Notes: generated by a model from the letters alone, not told the origin. 64,000 nucleotides of DNA from Octopus sinensis (GCF_006345805.1 NC_043003.1:8370001-8434000); one strand, 5' to 3'. Shown: positions 49,424-62,348, counted from the first letter of the stretch. Made by a program: numbers and translations.

Positions 49424-50649
49424 CATGGCAATAACAACTGGCAAATAACAATGAAGATTGCTACAATTGGCCTAGACACCTACCTGAAAAACTCTGAGGA
49501 CTAAAACTTGTCTCAAAACATGAAAACAAGAAAGCATTATACTCAGTAACAAAACAGGCAAATGAATATTTAAGTGAATTCCGAATACAACAAATTTCGG
49601 AATTAGAGATAGACATACAAGAAACAAGCACAGAAAAAGCTAGGCACATGAAAACCCGTGCTAAAACTGCGGCCTTAGATATTCTGAATGATAAATGGCA
49701 AGAAAAACCTCTCTATGGCAAATACCCAAAGAGAGTGAATGATGCAGATGCTGACAAAGCCCTGACCCATCAATGGCTAATTGCCCCTGGCTTAAAATCT
49801 GAAACAGAAGGGTTTATTATAGCAGCTCAAGATCAATGCCTACCAACAAGAAACTACCAGGCCAACATATTAAAGAACGGCAGTAGCCCAACATGTCGTG
49901 TATGTCAACAACAAAATGAAACCATTGATCATGTTGTCTCCGAGTGCAGTTTTCTAGCGCCTACAGAGTATCTCAACAGGCATGATAGAGCTGCACAATA
50001 TATTCACTGGGTAATCTGTAAAAACCTGGATTTGCCCCATGAAAAACACTGGTGGGAACACAAACCACCTCCTGTGCTTGAAAATCACCACATCTCACTC
50101 CTCTGGAACTTCACCATTCAAACTGACAGAAAGATAGATGCAAATAGGCCAGACATCATATTGAAAGACTTCAGACAAAGGACATGCCTCCTCATTGATA
50201 TGACTGTCCCAATCGATATAAACATATCTGTCAAGACCTACCAAAAACTGAGCAAATATAAAGATCTTGAAATAGAAATCAGCAAAATGTGGAAGCTGAA
50301 GACTAAAACAATACCTGTTGTCATAGGTGCCCTGGGAATGATAGCAAAAGGGGCTGATTGCTACCTAACTCAGATACCAGGAAACCCCAAAATGGCAGAA
50401 ATTCAAAAGATAGTGCTCATGGGAACTGTTCATATCCTACGCAAAATACTTTCTATGTAATCTCAAGGTTTAAAACAAACATAATTTTCGGTTTTTTTAT
50501 TTTTTTTTTTTAGACATTCACTAGTACAATACCAAAAAAAAAAACAAATATATGGCACACTAGGCATAACAACAACATGGACATCCATCTTGTTGCCTCT
50601 GGGTGAGACTTGGAGCCAACTTGTACAAATATAAAGCAAAAGTCAAACA
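49423..50649 (+). mobile_element. 5'-truncated R4/Dong-type RLE LINE embedded in (AAT)n
   Basis: Coding remnant from ~49430 (frameshift near 49500), ORF 49648-50460, 3' UTR, (AAT)n on both sides. Confidence 0.92.
49648..50460 (+). CDS. C-terminal zinc knuckle + restriction-like endonuclease of R4/Dong-type LINE (partial ORF)
   Basis: ETEGFIIAAQDQ, CRVC..ETIDHVVSEC (CCHC), RHD, RPDII..LIDMTVP..K..KY (PD-(D/E)xK), IPVVIGALG. Confidence 0.9.
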   Translation: MKTRAKTAALDILNDKWQEKPLYGKYPKRVNDADADKALTHQWLIAPGLKSETEGFIIAAQDQCLPTRNYQANILKNGSSPTCRVCQQQNETIDHVVSECSFLAPTEYLNRHDRAAQYIHWVICKNLDLPHEKHWWEHKPPPVLENHHISLLWNFTIQTDRKIDANRPDIILKDFRQRTCLLIDMTVPIDINISVKTYQKLSKYKDLEIEISKMWKLKTKTIPVVIGALGMIAKGADCYLTQIPGNPKMAEIQKIVLMGTVHILRKILSM

Positions 50650-50663
50650 TTAATAATAATAAT

Positions 50664-50698
<35 letters not shown>

Positions 50699-50741
50699 TA
50701 ATAATAATATAATAATAATAATAATCATAATAATAATAATA

Positions 50742-50776
<35 letters not shown>

Positions 50777-50798
50777 AATAATGATAATAATAATAATA

Positions 50799-50853
<55 letters not shown>

Positions 50854-51060
50854 GAGAAGAAGAAGAAGAAGAAGAAGAAGAAGAAGAAGAAGAAGAAGAA
50901 GAAGAAGAAGAAGAAGAAGAAGAAGAAGAAGAAGAAGAAGAAGAAGAAGAAGAAGAAGAAGAAGAAATATTGAATACATCTAAAGTTATACACAGATTCT
51001 AAACGCACAAAATAAATTGGATTTGTACCAGTATTTATTATTATATTATTATTATTATTA

Positions 51061-51107
<47 letters not shown>

Positions 51108-51115
51108 TATTATTA
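50650..51115. repeat. Compound (AAT)n(GAT)n(AAT)n(GAA)n and (ATT)n microsatellites
   Basis: Direct inspection. Confidence 0.95.
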
Positions 51116-51455
51116 ATGTGTTTACACTTTTTGTATAAATTTATAAATTTATATGTCTTTCGCGAAGAACTCACAGAAATTCAAATTCGAAATAATATGA
51201 AACTGGTTTTTTTTTCTGTCTTTCAAATGATTACTTGTTAAGTTAGATCAATAAACGAATACAAATTAGTTATGTCAAGTTGTATGCAAGAATTTGCTTA
51301 GATTGAAACAAATAGCTTAAATAACCGAAGAGAAAAACAAAACATTGATTAGTTTCACCGGAAAGCATATTTCTTTGCTGTTTCGCGACAACGTTATTAG
51401 ATGTTTAAGTTGAAACGCTTCTTGATATTAAACAGCATCTACATTGATATGTGTA

Positions 51456-51705
51456 GTGGAGGCGTGTGGCTTAGTGGATAGGGTGTCAGCATCATGATCG
51501 TAAGTTTGTGGTTTCGATTCCTGGAACGGGCAACGCGTTATGCTCTTGAGCAAAACACTTCATTTCACGCTGCTCCAGTCCACTCAGCTGGCAAAAATGA
51601 GTAACGCTGCGATGGACTGGCGTCCCGTCCAGCTGGGGAACACATACGCCATTGAAACCGGGAAACCGGGCCCATGAGCCTGACTAGGCTTTAAAAAGGT
51701 GCATT
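51456..51705 (+). mobile_element. tRNA-derived SINE with V-domain-like central segment
   Basis: Head with GGTTTCGATTCC; CTTGAGCAAAACACTT; CTGCGATGGACTGGCGTCCCGTCCAG resembles the V-SINE core. Confidence 0.75.
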
Positions 51706-51726
51706 TATTATATATTGATATGTGTA

Positions 51727-52365
51727 GTGAAGGCGCAATGGACCAGTGGTTAGGGCAGCGGACTTGCGGTCATAGGATCGTTTAAGGCAGCGAGCTGGCA
51801 GAAACGTTAGCACGCCGGGCGAAACGCTTAGCGGTATTTCGTCTGCCGTTACGTTCTGAGTTCAAATTCCGCCGAGGTCGACTTTGCCTTTCATCCTTCC
51901 GGGGTCGATAAATTAAGTACCAGTTACGCACTGGGGTCGATGTAATCGACTTAATCCGCTTGTCTGTTCTTGTTTGTCCTCTCTGTGTTTAGCCCCTTGT
52001 GGGTAATAAAGAAATAGGTCATAGGATCGTTTCGATTCCCAGACTAAGCGTTGTGAGTGTTCATCGAGCGAAAACACATAAAGCTCCACGGCGCTCCGGC
52101 AGGGGGCGGTGGCGGTGACGAACTCTGCTGTACTCTTTCACCACAACTTTCTCTCTCACTCTTTCTCCCTGTTTCTGTTGTATCTGTATTTCAAATGGCC
52201 AGCCTTGTCGCACTCCGTGTCACGCTGAATCTCCCCGAGAACTACGTTAAGGGTACACTTGTCTGTGAGTGCTCAGCCACTTGCACGTTAATTTCACGAG
52301 AAGGCTGTTCCGTTGTTCGGAGCAACTGGAACCCTCGTCGCCGGAACCCTCGGAGTGCTACGACG
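51727..52365 (+). mobile_element. SINE family A interrupted by SINE family B (51784-52016)
   Basis: GGTCATAGGATCGTTT duplicated at 51768-51783 and 52017-52032 around the B copy. Confidence 0.92.
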
Positions 52366-52539
52366 ATTGATATGTGTGATGTAGTTAGAATCTGATGTTG
52401 GTTAGAAACACTAAATGCTGTTTGTAAAATTGGTGATGCTAGTATTTACAACAGGTAAACACGTAAAATTTTAATATCACCAGTTTGTGCCAGAGCCTTG
52501 CTTTTTCGTTTGTGATCAGAGTGTAGATTAGATACACCA

Positions 52540-53410
52540 GGCAATAATTGGCAATCCGTCGGTCACGACGACGAGGTATACTGTTGATACGACCAACAGA
52601 ACAGCCTGTTCTTGAAATTACCGTGCGTGTGCTTGACCACTCCACAGACACGCATACATTTAACGTAGTCCTTAGGGAGATTTAGCGTGACACAGAATAT
52701 GTCAAGGCTGGCCCTCTAAGTTACATGTGTCACTCATTTGTATCAGCTCAGTGGAGCAACGTGAAATAAAGCGCCTTGCTGAAAAACACAACGCGCCGAT
52801 GGGAATCGAACTGATCACATTGCGATCGTGCGTTGAACACCTTAACCACTAAGCCATACGAATTTATTCTGACAATGGAGTATAAATATCGGTATTAACT
52901 TTTTCATGTTTCAGTCATTGGACTGCGACCATGCTGTCGCATCGCCCTGAGTGCTTTAGTTGAACAAATCAATCCCAATTTTCACTTTGGTTTAAAGTAT
53001 GGCACTTATTCTATCGGTCTCGTATGCCGAACTGCTACATCACAGGAACGTAAACAAACTAACACCGTTGTTGAAGCGGTGGGTGGATAAACGCTATGAC
53101 ATATGCACAGACACACACACACACATTCACACACACAGACACCTCACACACACACACACTCACAAACACACACACATACGTGTGTGAGCATGCGTTTTTT
53201 TGTATGTTTCCCCTACACAAAGCGCTTGACAACTGGTGTTGGTTTGTTTATATCTACGTGACTTAGCGGTTCGTTAAAAGTATTCGATAGAATACGTACC
53301 AGACTTTAAAAGAAAATATATGTATAGGAACGATTTTTTTCAAGCAAACTTTTCAAAGCTATACCCTAAGATGGCCGCAATCCAGTGACTGAAACAAGTA
53401 ACAGATAAAA
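52540..53410. mobile_element. Cluster of older SINE fragments (A 3' part, V-like head, two inverted C 3' halves)
   Basis: Diverged matches to the families above. Confidence 0.65.
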
Positions 53411-53469
53411 CAATATGTCGATGATACATTATTTACATTTGACGGATATTTGTCTTCATCTTTGTTGTT

Positions 53470-53515
53470 AACACAACGTTTCGGCTGATGTAACTTCCAG
53501 CCTTCTTCAGGTGTC
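53470..53515 (-). ncRNA. Minimal type I hammerhead ribozyme motif
   Basis: GACAC-CTGAAGA-A-GGCTG.loop.CAGCC-GAAA-CGT-T-GTGTT. Confidence 0.75.
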
Positions 53516-53565
53516 TTGAGAAAATTTTGAACCTGGGTTCTCATTCCTAAGGTATTTTTCGATGC

Positions 53566-53671
<106 letters not shown>

Positions 53672-53737
53672 GTTGTTGTTGTTGTTTAGGTCACTACTTG
53701 GAATCGAACTCGGAATCTCAACAACAACAACAACAAC

Positions 53738-53771
<34 letters not shown>

Positions 53772-53821
53772 GCATAGAAAACAACCTTAGGAATGAGAAC
53801 CCAGGTTCGAAATTTCCCCAA

Positions 53822-53868
53822 GACACCTGAGGAAGGCTGGAGGGGTATATCGGCCGAAACGTTGTGTT
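53822..53868 (+). ncRNA. Minimal type I hammerhead ribozyme motif
   Basis: GACAC-CTGAGGA-A-GGCTG.loop.CGGCC-GAAA-CGT-T-GTGTT. Confidence 0.75.
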
Positions 53869-54627
53869 AACAACAAACAAGATTAGGACAAATATCCGTC
53901 GATTGTAAATAATGTAAATAATGTAGATAATTCCTCGTCTCTTAAATATAGAACTGTAATATGTCTGTGATGTTCTGTCGACCTCAGTTCTGGAATAAAA
54001 ACCGAAAGGTATCTAAGAAAGTGAAGAGGCTTATAACGATAATGCACGCATTAATGTCTCCGGGTGCAAAATCAGTGTTCTATTATTGATAATGGTCTGT
54101 GTGATTAGGCAATATTTTTGTAACCGATTGTAAGCTTCCGTGACAAAACGACTGGTTGCTATAGCAGTACCCACTGCTTAATTGAAGAGTGGCTAATTAG
54201 AGCTTGATTACAGCAATGTCATGCACATATGCTTCTATTCATATGTGGTCTGACTAAAACTGGTGTAGCTGCATATTAGATGTAAATAAGAGAATCTAGT
54301 TTCGTGATTTCTTTTTCATTTTAACAAACCACGTCTTTCGTATTTATTACATCATATGCGATCGAATGAGAGAACCTGTACTTGGTTATGCGGTCATCTA
54401 GAAATAGCAGCAAGTCTTCCTCAAACAACATCCTACCACCTCAGAGACAAAAAAAAGCACATTGAATAATGTTTACTGAAGTAATGGTCTGCTTGAGTGG
54501 CCAAAGCTTACAGGTTACGCTTTGTGTATTTGGCCTGACCGAGGTTTAAATAACAACGACATTGATACATTTCAAGCAAGCAATATATTGGAATGAATTG
54601 GATCGATATTGCCAAAACTATGCTATT

Positions 54628-55395
54628 GATTTCAAATTTTGGCACAAGGCCAGTAATTTCAGGAAGGGATGCCAGTCGATTATATTAACCTCAGTACTCC
54701 ACTGGTACTTATTTTATCGACTCTGAAAGCATGAAAGGCAAAATCGACCTCGGCGGAATTTGAACTCAGAACGTAAAGAGAAACCCGTTGAGTATTTTGT
54801 TAGACGCACTAACGATTCTACAAAGCATTTCATCTATTTTCACGTACTGAGTTCAAATTCCTCAAAGGTTAACTTTGCAGTTCATCAAATCGTGGTCGAT
54901 AAAATGAGTACCAGTAAGAGTACTGGTGTCGAGGTTATCGACTTATCACTTTCTCCTCAATTGCTGGTCTTGTGCCAAAATTTAATCCTAATATTCTTTT
55001 CTTCTCTAGGTACAATGCCCGACATTTTGGAGAAGTGGGGGGGCAATCAATTAGATCGACCCCAGTATGCAACTGGTACTTCATTTATAGACCCCAAAAG
55101 GATGAAAGGGAAAGTCGACCTCGGCGGAATTTGAACTCAGAACGTAAAGACAGACGCAATACCTATTTCTTTACTACCCACAAGGGGCTGCACACAGACG
55201 GGACAAACAAGGACATACAAACGGATTAAGTCGATTATATCGACTCCAGTGCGCAACTGGTACTTATTTATTCGACCCTGAAATGATGAAAGGCAAAGTC
55301 GACCTCGGCGGAATTCGAACTCAGAACGTAACGGCAGACGAAATACCGCTGAGCATTTCACCCGGCGTGCTTACGATTCTGCCACCTCGTCGCCT
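54628..55395. mobile_element. Cluster of SINE family B copies incl. a head-body-body dimer (55000-55395, minus)
   Basis: Minus 54628-54830, plus 54830-54990, minus dimer with junction AATACCTATTTCTTTACTACCC. Confidence 0.85.
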
Positions 55396-56128
55396 TATAT
55401 TTGAACCCAATATTGAAAGAGCTTCAGTATGCAGATGAGGAAGAGAATATTCAGCAGTTGTTTGGCAACAGAACAGAATGAAAACTGTTTATAAACATTT
55501 TATACAAACCTGCTTACACATACAAACGACTCCTTTTACGCAACAACATCCAAACACGCATACATTTGTATACATATATACACACATATAAACAAACATT
55601 GCTGAATTTCTCTCAGTGATTAGAGCACGAAACTTGCGATAACAATGGAGTATTTACCGTTAATTGCACCACTGAAGGCTTGCACTGTTATCTTCATTAG
55701 CAGATTAGTTTCATCAATACCCATTATTTACTGATCAAATTATTCAACAGCACACGTTAAACATATCTTCAACGTCACCTTCGGTGACAGTGCGGTTTCA
55801 ATCTAGCATTCATTATGTAATTCTAGACAAACGTAAATAAGAACCGATAGCGTACACTTACTTCTATTATGTAACACTAACAAGCTAACAAATAAAAAAA
55901 AAACTGCTTAAAAATATGTGATTTTATCGATCGAATGCTCGAAGTTTCTGCAATGTTCAAAATAGATCTGTTATGTCAGATTTGTTTGTATCGTTGCAAA
56001 GATCAGTTGAGTCTATCCCAGAATGTTTTATCGGAACAAATCGCCGGTGGATGTAAACACTATACCAAAAAACTTACAATCAACGGAAGTTAGCTAGTTC
56101 GGTTCATTATAACTCTTTCTCCCCTCAC

Positions 56129-56159
<31 letters not shown>

Positions 56160-56884
56160 CTTAAATTGTATATAAGTCTCGTTCAAATCGTGTCTATATG
56201 TATACATACATACATACATATACATATATATATATGTATATATATATACATATATATAGATATATATATGTATATATACATATATATGTATATGTATCTG
56301 TATATATATATATGCACTTCTGTACATGTAGGTATAACTCTCCCTTTCTCTCTTTCTCTTTCTCTTTTTCTTTCTTTTTATCTCTCTCATGCTCTCTTAA
56401 ATCTTATACATCCAAATGCGTGTGTATACATTTGTACGTAGTGTCTTTACGTGAGTTTTTTTTATGTGTGTGAGTGTTTATACATTTTATTTTCTGAGAA
56501 CGGTTGCATTTCATTGATGAGACTCCGATTTCAATTCTACCTCAAGTCATCATCGTTTAAAACGTCTTTAACCATATTACAGAAAGAAGTTCGAGACTGT
56601 GCAGAAACCTGTTGTATGGGTTGTAATTTTAATTCGGTGGTACAGCCTTATTGCACAGGGAGCGACACAAATTCTGCTGGGAAATTTGGCTGAGAGTATA
56701 CTTGTCACTGGATTTTACAGCCAGCTACACGAGGGCTGAATGAACTTTTGATCATAGAAAAATTGAACACTCATCGCGAAAACCGACGAAGTTATGTTTC
56801 TACTTTTCTTGTGTATGTGTGTGTGTGGGGGGAGGAGTGAGTGTGTATGCACAAACATCAACGGCCACTCACAAACATCAACGG

Positions 56885-57670
56885 CCAACCCCTAGAAGAA
56901 TTTGAACTCTTCACACACCTTGGAAGTATCCCACCACATGTGAAAAGGACGCCTTCGGCAGACTCAACCAGCATGTATTCTTCAATCATGCGCTGACCAT
57001 CCGAACAATGACCATGGTCTTCCGTGCCATTGTCCTGTCAACTCTACTCTACGCTTGTGAGACTTACACCACCGCGATTTCAAGCGCCTTGAATGCTTCC
57101 AGCAATCGAAGCTACGTCAGATCCTCAACATACAATGGGAACGAGGTTCCTCGCCGCCTCTCACTACCAAGTGTCGAAGCCCCCATTCTTCGCCATCGTC
57201 TCCGCTGAGCAAGTCACATCCGGCGTATGGAGCCCTCTTATTTGCAAGGATCATGATCTGCAGAGAACTTGCAATCGGAACAAGACCCAGAGGAGGTCTG
57301 AAATTCCGTTTTAATGACCAGCTCAAACGGATCTTGGCTCAAGCTAACATACAGCCATTCTCTTGAAACCAGATTGCCATGGATAAGATAGCCTGGAGGA
57401 CTGCTCTCCGCAATGGAGGCAGCTCCTTCGAGCAGAACAGAAAACAGAATGAGGAGGCAAAACACAGAAGAAGAAAGGAGCATCTTCAATATCCTCGACC
57501 TGCACCGACCATCCCGTGTGAGTTCTGCCCACGATACTTTCACCAGCGACTTGGACTCCAAAGCCACTTTCGGCACCAACATCAGCCGAGGAGACAGGGT
57601 GGGAACTGACGAACCTAATTCTCCGATATGAGCTGGAGCCGAAGACGACATACATACATACATACATACA
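56885..57670 (+). mobile_element. 5'-truncated RTE-clade LINE 3' end with (CATA)n tail
   Basis: FTHLGSI, AFGRL, VFRAIVLSTLLYACETY, RHRLR*ASHIRRME, C-terminal CEFCPRYFHQRLGLQSHFRHQH zinc finger; frameshifted. Confidence 0.88.
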
Positions 57671-57671
57671 A

Positions 57672-57970
57672 AAATACCCTGTTGTTGATGTTGAAATTCC
57701 AATGAAGCAGCCTTGGGTCTAGGTTAGAAACCGATTCTTTCTCTATTGTCAAGAAATCTTGAAATAACTGAATAATGACATACATACATACATACATACA
57801 TACATACATACATACATACAGGCATACATACAAAAAAAACCCTTTTGTTGATGTTGAAATTCCAATAAAGCAGCCTTGGCTCTAGGTTAGAAACCGGTTC
57901 TTTCTCTATTGGCAAGAAATCTTGAAATAAACTGAATAATGACATACATAATACATACATACATGCAGAC
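57672..57970. repeat. Tandem duplication (~160-bp unit) delimited by (CATA)n tracts
   Basis: TGTTGATGTTGAAATTCCAAT..GGTTAGAAACC..GAAATCTTGAAATAA.CTGAATAATGACATACAT occurs twice. Confidence 0.9.
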
Positions 57971-58333
57971 AGACATACGCGTGTTTGTACGCAATTTTAA
58001 TATTTCAGTATTTCCTTAAATGTTTTTGTAGTTGGTTTCGCAGCTCAAAGATTGTAAAGTACTAATTTCAAATGATACAAATACTTGAAGCATCATTTGA
58101 AGATAAAAGCTACCAAATTAATGGGCAGGACATCATCTAGGAATATCAGCCATGAATGCTAATGTTGCTTCATTCTTATTATCAGACTAAAACACTTTGG
58201 TATGCTGGTTCTTTGAATCTTTTAGAATCAAGGAACACAGTATAGCTTAAAATCATTATTATTATGCATCCAATTCTTTCTCTTTCTCTCTCCCTCTTAT
58301 TTGCCCTCTCTTCCCCACTTTCTCTCTTGCTAC

Positions 58334-58390
<57 letters not shown>

Positions 58391-58556
58391 CATACATATA
58401 TATATATATATGCATGAATACAATATCACACATACCCACACACACACGTAAGTTCATAGGTGCGAAACGATGTGAAGGAAATAGTACTCAATTACCTAAG
58501 TAGATTAAAATAGCGTTGTATACAATGTGTGTGTTGATTAGTGTATATATATACAT

Positions 58557-58591
<35 letters not shown>

Positions 58592-58701
58592 ATATATATA
58601 TATATATACATATCTGAATGTATGTACGCATGAGTTCATGTACGTATGTATATATGTATGTGATAGCTATGTCGAAACAGAAGTTTAAGCATATATTTGT
58701 A

Positions 58702-58735
<34 letters not shown>

Positions 58736-59597
58736 CATTTCATAAGCTGAACTGAATTGTGACTATTTGTTTGAGTTGTTCGATGTACAACAATATTGGC
58801 CAGTTAATATACGGTTTATTAATTGCAGTCTACAAACATATGCTAAGTTCTACTAGTCTTCTGCAATCTAATGGGAAAATATGATTCCATTTCGGAGGAG
58901 AAAAAATTTCATTCGTCTACTAATATCGCTTACAGACACTGACTAACTTGTTTCTTTTATTAACTCGCGTATTTTTCATTCTCTTCTGTAGTTATAATAA
59001 CTTTTTGTTCAAGTTACTTAAACTGCAGACACAGAAATGAGATGTTAATCAGAACTGATGTTATTCCCACTTCTTCATTTACTAATTGCATGGAATTTCA
59101 CAGTTTTTCTCATTGTCAATGTTATAAATCCGGGCCAAATATTTAGGGATTGAAATCCTAAAACCGGTTTCTGAGTTCCTTACTTCCCTACAAGTTGCTG
59201 ATAGGCACAAGCAAAACCATTATTTTATCTAATAATTCTCTAATGGAAATAATAATGGTTTTTTCGAATAATAACGGCTTAAAATTATTTGTTTGCTTAC
59301 ACCGCTTACTTTGTTATCTAAAAATATGTTTTAGCAACTCTTATCGAATTTACTAGATTTCCATCCAGTGTTGTACAACATGAAATCACTTAGTGTCAGA
59401 TCCCTGCTTATTTGAAAGAACACCATCTGATTAAATCAGCTTCAGATATTTTTTACCGTTTTTCGTCGCCTTTCCAAGTTGGTGTGCAAACTTTTGGAAA
59501 TCTTCATGGTAAATACATAAGTAAACACATAGACGCTATCTTTGTCAGTAAGCCACTCACAAACACGAAGAGTTTTGTAGTAAACCCGAAGTACTAT

Positions 59598-59826
59598 TTG
59601 AGCTGGCAAAAACGTTAGCACGCTGGGCAAAATGCGTAGCCGTATTTCGTCTGCCGTTACGTTCTGAGTTCAAATTCCACCGAGGTCGACTTTGCCTTTC
59701 ATCCTTTCGGGGTCGATAAATTAAGTACCAGTTACGCACTGGGGTCAATATAATCGACTTAATCCGTTTGTCTGTCCTTGTTTGTCCCCTCTGTGTTTAG
59801 CCCCTTGTGGGTAGTAAAGAAAGAAA
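59598..59826 (+). mobile_element. SINE family B
   Basis: Near-consensus; TATTTGA on both flanks. Confidence 0.92.
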
Positions 59827-60347
59827 TATTTGACATATGTTAGCCATTTAGAAACACCCAAAGACCATTTTAACTTCACTTAAACATTTATTTGTAAATT
59901 AGTTTTCAAAATTCTCGTCGCTCGAACCCGCGACCTATGCACTGATAAAAAAATCTGCCTTAGTTTCAGAAATCGATCTCAGAGGAAAACACTTGCTACG
60001 CTAATCCTTCTCGTAATAATATGTGATAAGGGAAACCTAAATCTGAAACTGAAATGCAGTACTTTGGGAACATGTTACATTAAAGCACTCTACATATTCT
60101 ACAGTGAAGATCGAAAACAGAATTGTCATCAAATACTATACAGCACCCATATAACACATTTATCACGGGGTTAATTTTGCTCCATTTCGATTATTAATTT
60201 GCCCTTGCTTGAAATGAATAAAAGGTAGCAAGTTGGCTCGGGAAATGATTTGCCATGAATTTAAAAAATGTTCGTTATAATGAATTACATTACTTGATAC
60301 GTAATTATATATATATAATTATTAGTTTTTTTATTTATAATTATTAC

Positions 60348-60404
<57 letters not shown>

Positions 60405-60563
60405 ACGATTTCTATGAGCATTTTCACTTCTTTACTCTTTTACTTTCTCCCCTTCGATTTTTTCCCTTATTTAACGGTCATTCTAATAGCTTTTTTGTCT
60501 TAATAACGGTGAATTACATAGTAATTTCCCTTTGTTTAACGTCATTTTCATAGCATTTTGTCA

Positions 60564-60638
60564 TTGCGTCGATAAATGACGAGATGCCGGAGCAGTTTTC
60601 CGCCCCGACATCCGAAACTCGGAGTCTTATTATGGCAA
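60564..60638 (+). ncRNA. Degenerate type I HHR motif (C3 mutated)
   Basis: ATAA-ATGACGA-GATG...CATC-C-GAAA-CTCGGA-GTC-TTAT; stem III ACTC/GAGT; GUC site; outer TTGC/GCAA. Confidence 0.45.
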
Positions 60639-61018
60639 CCGAATAATTGTCACATATATTACAGATAAATTCCTCTATTTACATAATATCGAGGTCTCAT
60701 TCATTCTTTTCTTGTCTTATCATTACTATTAATATATATATATTAATGTAGTTTCAGCTCAGAGCTGCGGCCATGCTGATGCACTGCCGTTTTGCTACAT
60801 TGTTATTACTGAGTGCCTCCTCCAATATGTGGCACATAGTGAAGAATGGTGTTTGATTTAGCTACCCTCATTTGCACCTCTTGCCGTGATGTAGGTTCGT
60901 CTGGGACTCTCGACAGGAAGAGGTCTTGCTTTGATTTTAAAACGCTACATCTACTTTGTGCAGGTTCCTCAGGCTCTTTGGGAGAATATTAAAACGTCGA
61001 TATTATTAATAATATCTT

Positions 61019-61154
61019 TTATGATATCCCAGCAACGCCATCGCGCTTCAGGGCCAGTTACTGCAACTGCCTGCGATTCAAATGTGGGCCCTTGAAACCC
61101 AGGCCGTTGCAGTAACTGATCCTGAAGCGCGATGGCGTTGCTAGGATATCATAA
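61019..61154. repeat. GC-rich long hairpin (~49-bp outer stem plus inner pairing)
   Basis: TTATGATATCCCAGCAACGCCATCGCGCTTCAGGGCCAGTTACTGCAAC pairs with GTTGCAGTAACTGATCCTGAAGCGCGATGGCGTTGCTAGGATATCATAA (3 mismatches); inner GCCTG/CAGGC and TTCAA/TTGAA. Confidence 0.9.
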
Positions 61155-61437
61155 CAGTATTATTTAAATTTTATAAGTGTGCACATACATAGCAAGGCGT
61201 AGAAAAGCCGTAAATTATAAATTAAATTTAAAATACCTGATACAATAGAATAACAAAATAGTGAAGATGCAGATTACGCTGGTCAAGCATTTACTGGGGA
61301 TGGCTATATTCATTATTTTTTTTTCAAACAAAATATATTTCTAACTGATAAATATTTATCCAGCAAAACCAAAAGAGATTGTTCTGGATGGGCCTCTTCG
61401 TAAACATAAGTATACACATAGACGTTATCTTCGTCAT

Positions 61438-61815
61438 GTGGAGGCGCAATGGCCCAGTGGTTAGGGCAGCGGACTCGCGGTCGTAGGATCACGGTTTCGA
61501 TTCCCAGACCGGGCGTTGTGAGTGTTTATTGAGCGAAAACACCTAAAGCTCCACGAGGCTCCGGCAGGGGATGGTGGTGATCCCTGCTGTACTCTTTCAC
61601 CACAACTTTCTCTCACTCTTACTTCCTGCTTCTGTTGTACCTCTATTTCAAAGGGCCGGCCTTGTCACTCTCTGTGTCACGCTGAATATCCCCGAGAACT
61701 ACGTTAAGGGTACACGTGTCTGTGGAGTGCTCAGCCACTTACACGTTAATTTCACGAGCAGGCTGTTCCGTTGATCGGATCAACCGGAACCCTCGTCGTA
61801 ACCGACGGAGTGCTT
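61438..61815 (+). mobile_element. SINE family A, full length
   Basis: tRNA-like head with A/B boxes; flanked by ATCTTCGTCA / ATCTTTGTCA. Confidence 0.93.
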
Positions 61816-62308
61816 CCATCATCTTTGTCAGAAGTTCACAGAAACGAATAGCTTCATATGTAATAACACAACTTCATATGTGATAACACTGATTATGTAA
61901 AGACACTGCTTCATATTTAATAAATATGAAGCTGTGTTATTACATAATCTAAACCCAGAGGTTGTGAACATAGAATGCGATCCTTTGAAATGCAAATGTT
62001 TTAAATCAAAGTACTCTGCTTAGCTTACAATAAATATTCAAAACATAGAATTGGTTACATATAATAAATATTTTCAAGTACAAGAAGTATGAATTTCGGT
62101 GGAATTAATTTCCACAGAATTTTGAATTTATATGTAAATGTTTACTATATTATATTTTCGTGTATGAGGATGGCAAAATAAGTGTTTTATTTCAATTAGA
62201 AACGAATTTAATAAACATTATAAAAGCTACATCGAAAGGTTAATACAGTGTAAACGAATAAAACAGCATATACAGTGATTTAGATGGAAAGAGTAATGCA
62301 ACCTTACT

Positions 62309-62348
<40 letters not shown>

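Noticed and set aside
61438-61515. tRNA-like sequences at SINE heads (also 2050-2126, 4437-4515, 51456-51535)
   Set aside because: They lack a complete acceptor stem and continue into repeat bodies, so they are SINE heads rather than tRNA genes
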